A stretch of DNA of 64,000 nt from NCBI GenBank assembly GCA_904063045.1, contig CAJFCJ010000020.1, positions 1,418,916-1,482,915 of the forward strand, in the 5' to 3' direction. The translations under genes were made by a program, and so were the position numbers. The DNA comes from Dimorphilus gyrociliatus. Lineage: Eukaryota; Animalia; Annelida. Below the pieces are notes generated by a model that saw nothing but the letters and a program-made list of their open reading frames with translations, had not been told where the DNA came from and searched no databases. Shown here one piece after another: positions 36,045 through 48,300 of the stretch. Each line of letters opens with the position of its first letter. Positions within the stretch are counted from its first letter, which is position 1.

Positions 36045-38101
36045 ATGCGTTCGAATGTTCCATCAACGAATATTATTTTTAACCGTGTTTCCGAAAGTGG
36101 AACTCAGCAACAACATCCAACAATTGTTGGGGTTTTAAACAAACCTGGCACTGTTATATCTCAAGGAAGTAACTTGAAGAGAACCACTGCAATCAGTACT
36201 TCGCTTGGTCCTTCACCAAAAGTTTTAATTCGTCCTGTATCCACCAGTCAACCGATAATTGTGTCAGCCCAACAGCAGCAACAGCCTAAATACCTATTGT
36301 CACCAACTAAAATAATAACTGCTCTACCGACCAGGACTCAAATTCCCATAACCGGATCTCCAACTAAAGTTACAGTTGTCAGAAGCCAGGGACCAACAGC
36401 AGTGAGAACAGGCGGCCAGAATGTCGTTGTTAAGACAATTAATGGAGGACAGATAGAACAGGTCTGTGCTCTTTCTGTTAATATTTCATTAAAAGAATAA
36501 TTAAATATCCTTTTTATGAATTAAATAGAAATCATCTGATTCTCTCGCTACTAAACCTTTAACCGTTGTCGGTCAACCGCAATCTTCTACTTCAGTTTCC
36601 AAAGTACAACTAGTTAGAGTTGTGTCTACTACGGCAACAACCTCCCAACCGACAACGAGTATTTCCTCGACAGTTAGACCTATAGCGCCCGCTACACAAC
36701 AAATTCATGTTAGTTTTTTTTATTCTGGCTTACCATTGTTAAAAAAATGAAATTTAAAGCAATAAGTAAAAATTCATAATTTCTTATCTCTTTCAAAATT
36801 ATTAACAGATTGTTCAAAAGCCGACGTCTTATCATCGAAGAATTCTTTTACCTGCCTCTACCCCAATTGCTATTAAGCCAGCTGTTTCCTCTGGTGAGTA
36901 AATAACTCATTACTACATTTAAAAAAAATCATCCGCCTTTTTTCAAATAGTTGCAAGTGGAAATAGTCTTTTAAAGCCAATTACTACACACTTAACCAGC
37001 AAGGTTTGTTTATCGTGTGATATTTTACCTTTAATCGACATTTGCTTTGAAAACTTATTCCTTAATAGGGTCAATCACCTCACATTTTATCAAGTAGTGG
37101 TGGACCTAGTGCAAATAATGATGCAATGAAAAATCTTTTTAGGAAACAAGAAAATGGGTAAGTGGTCAATACGGAATATAATTCTTTTTATTGGATTTTT
37201 AATCCTTCAGGACTAGTGTATACTTGGAAACCAGTGGACAAAGACCGAGAAAACCTTGTAATTGTACCAAGTCTCAATGTTTGAAACTGTAAGTATTCAC
37301 GTCTTCGTTTATCCTTTGATAGATCAATTGTAATACTTTTATTCTCATCAACGAAGCTTGTGGGTTGTCATTTGAGTTAGTTCTAGAGAAAGAATTTTTT
37401 TAAACACATATTTTAATCGAGAAAAATAATACAATAACTTTTTAAATTTTCCCAGATACTGCGACTGTTTTGCCAACGGAGAATTTTGTCAGAATTGCAA
37501 TTGCTCCAGTTGTGCTAATAACTTAAATCACGAAGAGGAAAGATCGCGTGCCATAAAAGCCTGCTTAGACCGTAACCCTCTTGCCTTTCATCCAAAAATA
37601 GGGAAAGGTAGAAATGGTGGTGGAATCAGAAGACATAACAAGGGATGTAATTGTAAACGCTCAAACTGTTTGAAAAATTATTGTGAGTGCTACGAAGCGA
37701 AAGTGCCATGCTCTATGTCTTGTAGATGTGTGGGATGTAAGAATAGTGAGGAGGCGGCAAGCACAAGGTTGATTCGATCTCTTTCTCATGATTCTCTTAA
37801 TTCTGATGATTTGGCGCCTCTGGCAAGTGTGAATAATTGGACTGTGCCCGAAAGACCAGTGGCGGCAAGTGTTGGACAAGTTGGAACGAGAAGAGAAGTT
37901 CCTGTTGCAGAATTATTGAGCGATAACGACGTCTCCGACTGTATCATGATGTGTATGTTGAATCAAGGAGAAGAAAGTTGTAAATTAGACAATGTTTTAC
38001 TAGAACTACAATTAGCAATTATCCAAGAATTCGCAAGATGTTTAACCCAAGTTTCTTGTGCATCTAGAAAAACAGCGCCCAATCCTTCAATAGCTTGGTA
38101 A
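36045..38101 (+). CDS. LIN54: LIN-54 / tesmin-family MuvB (DREAM) subunit
   Basis: Low-complexity S/T/V/P N-terminus. Two CXC domains: [27 protein letters not shown]...RNPLAFHPKIG...HNKGCNCKRSNCLKNYCECYEAKVPC. C-terminal IIQEFARCLTQV. Confidence 0.92.
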
Positions 38102-38196
38102 AATTAGTGTACTAATTAAGGATATAGTGTATATATGACATTTATTTGCGTATTTATATTGATGTGACGACCCAATGTAACTCTTAACTAGCTTGT

Positions 38197-38285
38197 ATGC
38201 AGTATATATATATACAGTATATATGTATATAAATTTATATATATATATATATATATATTAATATATATATATATTAATATATACA

Positions 38286-38331
<46 letters not shown>

Positions 38332-38500
38332 ATATATTTATATATATATAAATAAGGAATAATGTATGTGTAGGTGTCTGCATATATAAAAGTATATACA
38401 AAGATACGTCAATACGTAAAGAGAGAAATATATATATATATATTTCACGAAATTATATATACTTATATATATATATTAATCTATACCTATTTATATATTA
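38197..38500. repeat. Extended imperfect (AT)n low-complexity tract between LIN54 and the three-finger gene
   Basis: Several long atat runs. Confidence 0.85.
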
Positions 38501-38757
38501 ATGAAAATTTCATTTCATTGGATAGATTTTCATTTTTATGAAATGAATTTGTTTTAAGAATTTTATTGTATTTGTTTATTAAGACTACTCTGGCTTTACA
38601 GCATTCTGTAATTTATAAATGAAAAAAACGGTTGCTTTTTTTCTCATGTTACAAGTTGTATAGAAAATCATAGCAATAAATACGAAACTCTTTGATGATT
38701 TAATGAAATTCGGTGAAAACACCAGCGCCACACAAACCGTTTATTCTTGACTGCGCG

Positions 38758-39164
38758 ATGGCGACAGGAAAATATACTATTCTCTTTCTTATAGTTTGCT
38801 TATTTGCTTCAGGTTTCGTTATTTTTAACATGATTTTTAAAAAATTTTTTTGAAAGTACTAATAAATTACTTTGGACTTTTCGTATATTCAGAAAGTTAT
38901 GGTGAGTTATGTTCTGTATGTTCGTTGGAAAAGGACGGCGATTCCTGCCTTGTCGATCCACCAAAACCCGTTGAATGCAGGGACGTTGTAACAGGAGCTA
39001 ATATGAAATATTGCGCTGTCGTATCTGTGAAAGATTCATCGGAACGATTAATATCTTTCGTGAGAAGTTGTTCTCCCATCTATCTACCATCTTCATGCTT
39101 TTTCGGACGTAATAGAGAATATGTTGTCTGCCAAAAAGTTTGTGAAGGCACTGCCTGTAATTAG
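38758..39164 (+). CDS. Secreted Ly6/three-finger-fold protein without a GPI tail, ~108 aa
   Basis: Signal exon 38758-38812 (MATGKYTILFLIVCLFAS) is spliced to 38893-39164. Ten Cys, starting CSVC and ending CQKVCEGTACN*. Confidence 0.75.
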
Positions 39165-39372
39165 GCTAATTGTTTTATGTAATACTGAACGTAGAACCCC
39201 GTATTCGTCTGGTTTCTACTCTTGTTAGAAAGGTAATGTTAACTAATTGTCCAAAGCATGTATTTTCCAGAGTATAAAACGTCTAAACGCAAACTAACAA
39301 TCCGCATAAGGTTATTGCACAAAAAAAAACACTTTTTCTCATAGTTTTACGAAAATAAAAAATTTAAATCAA

Positions 39373-42300
39373 CTAGTCATCTTTTTCTCGCTTTGCGGCT
39401 GTAGATGGGATGCCACATAAATTACAAGTAAATTTACATCGTTCTAATGCTGAGTTTCTTTGCGCTTCACATATTTTGAACCGATCAGATTCTCGTAAAT
39501 ATACACAGTGAGCTCTACCTCCAGCATCTAAGCATGATGAAGTGCTTGAGGCAGCTGAAAGAGAATATTAATTAGACTCCATTGATTAAATTTCAGTCAA
39601 AAATTTATCAAGAAAAGAAATCTAATATGATAAAACTTACGCAATTCGCAAGTATCCCCGTAGTAACCGGCTTGGCAATGACATCTGGAAGTAGAGTCTT
39701 CTAAAATAATACATCGACCATCATTTCTACATGGGTTTGTTTGGCATGGGCCTGTTCTTGGAGCTGGTGTTTCGCAAGTAAGGCCGCTCCAAGCTCCTCT
39801 GCATTCGCATATAAAAGGCACTTCCTCTTTTGGAAAAACCGTTTCCAAACATGTTCCACCATTTCTACAAGGATTATTTGTGCAGCCAGGCGTTATGCAG
39901 GTTGCTCCGTTTGTCCCTAAAATAGATGCCCATCAATTATTAATGGTAAAGAACGTGATGAAAAACATAAATTAGAGATTATTTTCGTCACTCAGTAGAT
40001 GTCTTTTAAATAGCTTTAATAATTCAAAGTTGCTTACTATCTGGTACGCATGTTCCTGATGAGCAAGGGTTGATTTGGCAAATATCTCTATCGCAAGTTG
40101 AACCGCCAAATCGTCTGTCTCTACAATCGCAAGAGAAGGTACTTCCCGATACAGAACAAATTCCACTGTTTCGGCATGGGTTAGGATTACATACATTTGA
40201 TCCTACGAAAGTTTCACATCTACTTCCAGTATAACCGGAAGGACATTGGCATCTAGGATTCTCGTTTACTACAATTTACAATTTCGAGTTAGTTATTTTG
40301 CTATTCGCTATATACTGTATAGTCAATCTACCTTGTCCTATACATGTTCCTCGGATACATGGATTATTAACATCACAAATGTTCAATGTGCAGGTTGTTC
40401 CAGTGTAACGTCTATCTCTACAATCGCAAGAGAAGGTACTTCCCGACACAGAGCATACTCCACTATTTCGGCATGGGTTAGGATTACATACATTTGATCC
40501 TATGAAAGTTTGACATCTATCTCCAGTATAGTCGGAAGGACATTGGCATCTAGGATTCTCGTTTACTACAATAAACAATTATCAGTTTGTTATTTTATCA
40601 TATGTTATGTATATTCTGAATTCCCCATTTTATAATTGTTTTACGATGTATGAAATAATTTGTGTGTGTCTTAATGAGGAGTACTACATCTCTTACTAAT
40701 TCATAAGCATCAAACGGCTAAGGAATAAACTATTTTAGATTAGTATGTGATGAGAAGCACTTTCACTATTACAATAGATTAGAGACGTACATTTTTTAAT
40801 GATTTGCCACAATTACTTTAGAAGAAAGTAGAGAGACGATCGAAAAAAGTATGAAAGGAAAAGTTAAATTTGCTTTGCTAAGCAGTCACAAAGTGGAAAG
40901 ATAGCAATTTGTGAAACAATATAGCCATTCAATTTCCAACGCCTTTGTGAAAGTGAATGCATTAATAATACGTACAATTGTAGCAGTGGATTACAAATGT
41001 ACCTCACACCGGCATGTCTTAATAAGTAATTTTACATCTACTTTTTTATGCTGTTAGAAGTAAGGAATACCATAAAATTTACATCATGCGACCGATTGAC
41101 CCCAATGTTTAATTTTACATATGAGGAATAAAAAATTATTGTAAACATCATATATATATATATACAGAACAAGGACATCTCTAAGATATCCTTATTCCCG
41201 CTAAAATATTGACAAAATCATTTTACCTTGTCCGATACACGTTCCTCGGATACATGGATTGTTAACATCACAAATGTTCAATGTACAGGTTGATCCTGTG
41301 TAACGTCTGTCTCTACAATCGCAAGAGAAGGTACTTCCCGATACAGAACAAGTTCCACTGTTTCGGCATGGGTTAGGATTACATACATTTGATCCTATGA
41401 AAGTTTGACATCTATCTCCAGTATAGTCGGAAGGACATTGGCATCTAGGATTATCGTTTACTACAATTTACAATTTCGAGTTAGTTATTTTGCTATTCGC
41501 TTTATACTGTATAATCAATCTACCTTGTCCTATACATGTTCCTCGGATACATGGATTGTTAACATTACAAATGTTCAATGTGCAGGTTGATCCTGTGTAA
41601 CGTCTATCTCTACAATCGCAAGAGAAGGTACTTCCCGATACAGAACAAATTCCACTGTTTCGGCATGGGTTAGGATTACATACATTTGATCCTATGAAAG
41701 TTTGACATCTATCTCCAGTATAGTCGGAAGGACATTGGCATCTAGGATTATCGTTTACTGCAATTTACAATTCGAGTTAGTTATTTTGCTATTCGCTATA
41801 TACTGTATAATCAATCTACCTTGTCCTATACATGTTCCTCGGATACATGGATTGTTAACATCACAAATGTTCAATGTGCAGGTTGATCCTGTGTAACGTC
41901 TATCTCTACAATCGCAAGAGAAGGTACTTCCCGATACAGAACAAATTCCGCTGTTTCGGCATGGGTTAGGATTACATACATTTGATCCTATGAAAGTTTG
42001 ACATCTATCTCCAGTATAGTCGGAAGGACATTGGCATCTAGGATTATCGTTTACTGCAATTTACAATTCGAGTTAGTTATTTTGCTATTCGCTATATACT
42101 GTATAATCAATCTACCTTGTCCTATACATGTTCCTCGGATACATGGATTGTTAACATCACAAATGTTCAATGTGCAGGTTGATCCTGTGTAACGTCTATC
42201 TCTACAATCGCAAGAGAAGGTACTTCCCGATACAGAACAAGTTCCACTGTTTCGGCATGGGTTAGGATTACATACATTTGATCCTATGAAAGTTTGACAT

Positions 42301-45300
42301 CTATCTCCAGTATAGTCGGAAGGACATTGGCATCTAGGATTATCGTTTACTGCAATTTACAATTCGAGTTAGTTATTTTGCTATTCGCTATATACTGTAT
42401 AATCAATCTACCTTGTCCTATACATGTTCCTCGGATACATGGATTGTTAACATCACAAATGTTCAATGTGCAGGTTGATCCTGTGTAACGTCTATCTCTA
42501 CAATCGCAAGAGAAGGTACTTCCCGATACAGAACAAATTCCGCTGTTTCGGCATGGGTTAGGATTACATACATTTGATCCTATGAAAGTTTGACATCTAT
42601 CTCCAGTATAGTCGGAAGGACATTGGCATCTAGGATTCTCGTTTACTGCAATTTACAATTCGAGTTAGTTATTTTGCTATTCGCTATATACTGTATAATC
42701 AATCTACCTTGTCCTATACATGTTCCTCGGATACATGGATTGTTAACATCACAAATGTTCAATGTGCAGGTTGATCCTGTGTAACGTCTGTCTCTACAAT
42801 CGCAAGAGAAGGTACTTCCCGATACAGAACAAATTCCACTGTTTCGACATGGGTTAGGATTACATGCATTTGATCCTACGAAAGTTTCACATCTACTTCC
42901 AGCATAACCGGAAGGACATTGGCATGTTGGGTCAGTATTTACTATATAAAATAAAGCACAATGACTCTTAAGCTTTTTCAGTAATTTAGATATTTTATAT
43001 CGTTTACCTTGTGGTATGCATGTTCCCCTTACACATGGATTTAGAATTGTGCAAACAGCATCACTGCAGGTAGGACCAGCCCATCTTCTATCTACACAAG
43101 AACACCTTGTTTCCCTTGTTACATCATCGATATAACAAGTTCCGCTATTTCGACAAGGATTTGGATTGCAAGTAACACCGCCAATTTGAATGTTACATCT
43201 TTCACCTGTATAGCCTGTTGGGCATTGGCAACGAACAGTGTTACCACTAATAACACAGGATCCTCTAGCGCAACCACCGTTTACGATTACACATCTACTA
43301 ACAGAGCAATCATCGCCTGCCCATAGAGGTTGGCATCGGCATGTATAGGTATTGCCACTAATGGAGCAAGTTCCGTCGTTTCTACATGGACTAGACTCGC
43401 ATGGTGCAAAGACTTCACACGTCAGTCCAATGTAACCCCCACGACAGTCGCAAGAGAATGTACCATCAACCAATGGTCTGCATGTTCCATCATTTTTGCA
43501 TGGTCCAGCCGAGCACGGATTCACTCCTAAAAATTATAAAATCAGGCTACTGTTATTCTATTTAGTAAACGTGTTACATTCAAAGCAAAAAATATACAAC
43601 ACGAAATTCGCAACGGGAACCCGAAAAGATATTCAAGCAACGACAACCAAAAGTTGAGCCACCCATGTAACAAGTTCCTCCGTTATAACAAGGATTCGGA
43701 AAGCACAAATCCCCTAGGAAATTTTTTTATAGTTACAAAAGAATTATTCAAAGGGGAATTATCTTTTCAACGGATTACTTTTATTGCATAAATCGCCAAA
43801 CCATCCTCTGTTACATTCACATTTATAGGTGGTAGGTAAATCGATACAGCGACCGTTATTACATTTTGTGCCTGAGCAATAGCTACTTCCTAATAAGGAA
43901 GTTTAATTGTAGACAGATTGAAATTACCAGCGATTTATGTCTAATATCTTACTTTCAGTGCAATCCCGTCCTGTCCATTGAGGGGTACATTGACATGTGT
44001 ATGAGCTCCCTTGAGTAATACAGGTTCCATCATTTCTACATGGTGAATTGTTGCACCCAGTTACTTCTGAAAGAAAAGTTAAATTAATCATTCAAAAAAA
44101 TATGATGATTTTTTAGCACTCACCTGCAATATTGCAAAAGGTTCCTCTCCATCCTGGGTTGCAGACACACTGGAAATTTGTATTTAGATTCTGGCATTGA
44201 CCGTTATTACATTGGACTCCTGAACAATAGTTTCCTGTAATAATGTGACGTTGGTTACTTTTCAAAATTTTTTCATGAATATCAGAATGAATTTGATTTT
44301 ATTACTCCTATTTAAGCGTGCACCCTATTATAAATGTGACGTCGATTTGACTACTGATATACAGTCAATATTATGTATATCTTGACACAATAATTCGTTC
44401 TCACTTGAACAATATTAAGACTTAAATTCAAAATATGGCATATTGTATGATAATCCTAGCAAAGGATTTACATAACAATATGATTGTGCTAGTGGCTCTT
44501 TTTTATTGTGCAGTGTGTGAGAATAATAAATTGAATTATTCTCAAATAGTCCTTCAGGGACATACGTTGCTCACAAATAGGACCAACATAACCCATGGTA
44601 CATATACATCGGTAACCCGTTTTTTCTGGTTGACATACTGCTCCATTTGAACATAGATTACTGTAACACATGTTTCCTGCCACATAAATGAGTATGAAAT
44701 ATATAAATTTATCCTTTAACGTTATGAGTATTCCGCACTTCTGTTTATAAGCGAATACAAAGACTGGAACTTACTTAAATGGCACCTATCTCCAGTCCAT
44801 TGATCACTACAAGTGCACCTATAGCCTGGCGAGCTTGAAATTAGTGTACAATCTCCATTGTTTAAGCAAGGTATCGTTGAGCAAGCATTGCCTGTAGCTG
44901 GAAAAATATTGTAGTAAATATATTCTCAAAAATTCTGTACACCAACTTTCATTACAATAGGTTCCTCTCCAATTTCCAACACATTGGCAGAAAGGTCTTT
45001 GAGTACCGGAATCAATTCGACAAACTCCATTATTTTGACAAGGGAAGTTACTACATTGGTTAACCCGCTGATCACAAAAACCTCCTTCCCATCCACTTGT
45101 GCAAATACAAACTATCCTTCCTGGTATCTCAGATTCCCGGCATTCAGCACCATTTTTGCATAAACTAGCATAAGTGGGACAAAGTAAAACTCTCTGATCA
45201 CATACAGGACCTTGCCACCCTGCCTGACATCTACATGAGACGCTCGTTCCATCATTATTTACTGAACAAGTTCCCTGTTTGCATGGATTTCTACCGTCAG

Positions 45301-48300
45301 TGCACAGACCAGCTGGCGGGATTTCACACCTATCTCCTGTATATCCAGTTATACAGGTACAGGAGAATGTATTTGCCTGATTTGTGCAAGCTCCTCCGTT
45401 AAGACAAGGATTAGCAGCACAGTAGTCACGTCCTGATATTAAGATTACATTATTATTATTTATGTACAAATGCCACCTTAAAGTCATATTCACTTACTAT
45501 CACAAACTTGTCCATACCACCCGGTAGTGCATATGCACGACACGCCTGAGGATTCAACTACGCATTGAGCTCCATTTCGACATGGATTATTGGTACAAGG
45601 ATTTGATACCACTGTCGTACAAGTTCTTCCAGACCATTGAGGAGTGCATAAACAAGTAAATGTATTTCCTTCGGCTCGGCATGTTCCTCCATTCTGACAG
45701 GGATTAACTTGACATGCTGAGGCGGCTATTAATTCTTTTTTATTAATATTTCAAAAAATAGTGCTCTGAATTTGTACTTACAACTCTCACAATATGTCCC
45801 TGAATAACCTGCAGTACACTCGCATCGAAAGTCGATTCCTCCATCAATCAAACGACACTGGCCACCATGGAGGCAAGGATTCGGAGTACAATAATTACGT
45901 ATTCCTGTAAACAATTAATTTTTTAACTCGTTAGCAATTTATGTAAAATACTACGATATTCGCAATTTCTTCCAGAATATCCAGCGGGACAATTGCAAAT
46001 ATATCCATTTCCGGTTAAGGCACAGTTACCGTTGTTCCGGCAAGGACTCGGTGAGCAAGCATTAGAAATGACTAGTTTTTTTAAAATTGAAAAAAATCAT
46101 ATTTTGTAATTGGAAATTAAATTGAGACCTTGTATTACCTAAATTACATAACTGTCCAGTATAACCCGAAAAACAGTTACAAGTATAGCCAGATAAAGTA
46201 TTGGGTGTTACCACGCATTGTCCTGCAATACAGGGACTTGGATTGCAAACTCCTACTAGGCCAATATTACAATTAGTTCCGTTCCATCCAGCGAAGCAGT
46301 CGCAAATGTATCCGGGACTTCGGTCAATGGCATTACAATAACCGTTGAAGCAAGGATTGGGATTACAAACAGTAGCTATAGAGCAAAAATCACCAGTCCA
46401 ACCGCTTGAGCAAGAGCAAGTAAAGCCTCGAGGATATCTGACCAAGTCGGTTTGAACAAGGCATTGGCCATAATAGCAAGGATTCGGTATGCAATTATTA
46501 ATTGCAATGTCGCATCTGGTTCCACTCCATCCGTTAAAACACTGGCATTCGAAGCCTGAAGCTCTAGATATACATCGTCCATTTCGACAAGGATCACCAG
46601 CACAAGTATTTATTGCTTCATTACAAGTTTGACCAGTCCAACCACTTTCGCAAACACATCTGTAACTACCTCCAGTTAAATCAATGCATCTAGCATTGTT
46701 ACGACAAGGATTTGGATTACAAGAGTTACTTATAACAGTTTCACATCGGGTGCCAGTGAAACCAGATTGGCATTGACATCTGAAAGTTGTACTCAAACTT
46801 GTGCAAAAACCGTTATTTAGGCAAGGGGAATCTTTGCAGAAGTTTTCTTTATTTTCACATCTTCTCCCTGTGAATCCTGTTGCACATTGACATGTGAAAG
46901 TGTCTCCTGATAGAGAACAAGTACCACCATTTAAACAAGGATTGTTCGCACAAAGATTAGTTTCTCGAATGTCACATTTTGATCCGACCCACCCTGATAG
47001 ACAGCTACATTTATAGCCACCAAGTTCTGGCTGACATGTTCCGCCATTTAGGCAAGGGTTAGGAGCGCATGCATAGCTCTCGCATTTTGCTCCATAATAT
47101 CCTGGAAGACATTGACACTTGATTTGGTCATTGTTCACAACTGCACAAGTTCCACCATTTGCACAAGTGTTTGCTTGACAAAGTCGATTTTCATTACAGT
47201 ACGTACCACCCCATCCAACGTTACATTCACATCTATAGCTTGCAACCAACGGTACACACCGCCCATTCACACATCTGTTGTTGGAACAACTATCAAGGGT
47301 TTGATTGCAAAATCTACCTTGCCATCCTGCATTGCAACTGCATCTAAATCCATTAGCTTCCGAAATACACTGCCCATTATTACAGATATTTGGTGTACAG
47401 AAAGTTGACCGTTGATCACATAATCTTCCTGTCCATCCGCTATTGCACCGACACTGATAGCTACCCACCAAAGATTCGCACTGTCCATTTACACAACCAT
47501 GGTTGAGACAATAGTCTATGCGTTCGTTGCAAGTATTGCCTCTCCACCCAACATTACACTCGCATCTATAGCCATTAGCTTCCGAAATACACCGTCCATT
47601 ATTACAGATATTCGGTGTACAGAAAGTTGACCGTTGATCACATAATCTTCCTGTCCATCCGCTATTGCACCGACACTGATAGCTACCCACCAAAGATTCG
47701 CACTGTCCATTTACACAACCATGGTTGAGACAATAGTCTATGCGTTCGTTGCAAGTATTGCCTCTCCACCCAACATTACACTCACACCTATAGCTATTAG
47801 TCTCTGAAATACATCGTCCATTATTACATACATTTGCAGAAGGACAGTTGTCTGATTGTTGGTCACATCTTTCTCCTGACCATCCTTGATCGCAGCGGCA
47901 CGAGAAGCCTGAATTTAGAGGAGAACATTGGCCTCTAAAACAAGGATTAGGAGAACAAACATATACATCGCAAATGTTACCCGAGTATCCAAGTCGACAT
48001 GAACACTGAAATCCTGTTGGAAGCGAATTACACCTACCATCATTTCGACAAGGATTAGGGCTACAGAAATTTGTTGTAGTTAGCGATAATATGTTGGTAG
48101 ATTGTGCTTGCCAACCATTTCTTTGACATGAAAAACAACAGAGGGTAGCAACATCATTTCTGGTTATACAATGATGAGGAAATCTAATAAAGTGCTGAGG
48201 ACAGCGTAGACCACTAAATTGCACAACAACGTTTGAATCATCTCTTTGCTATTTAGATAAAAAATGTACTCCTTAGAACTGCATACAAAATATTATCACA

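Noticed and set aside
41405-42784. Five identical-looking plus-strand ORFs, and the array as a possible CRISPR or mobile element
   Set aside because: The ORFs are antisense shadows of the repeated EGF exons. The units are full-length direct repeats with no unique spacers, terminal repeats or transposase.
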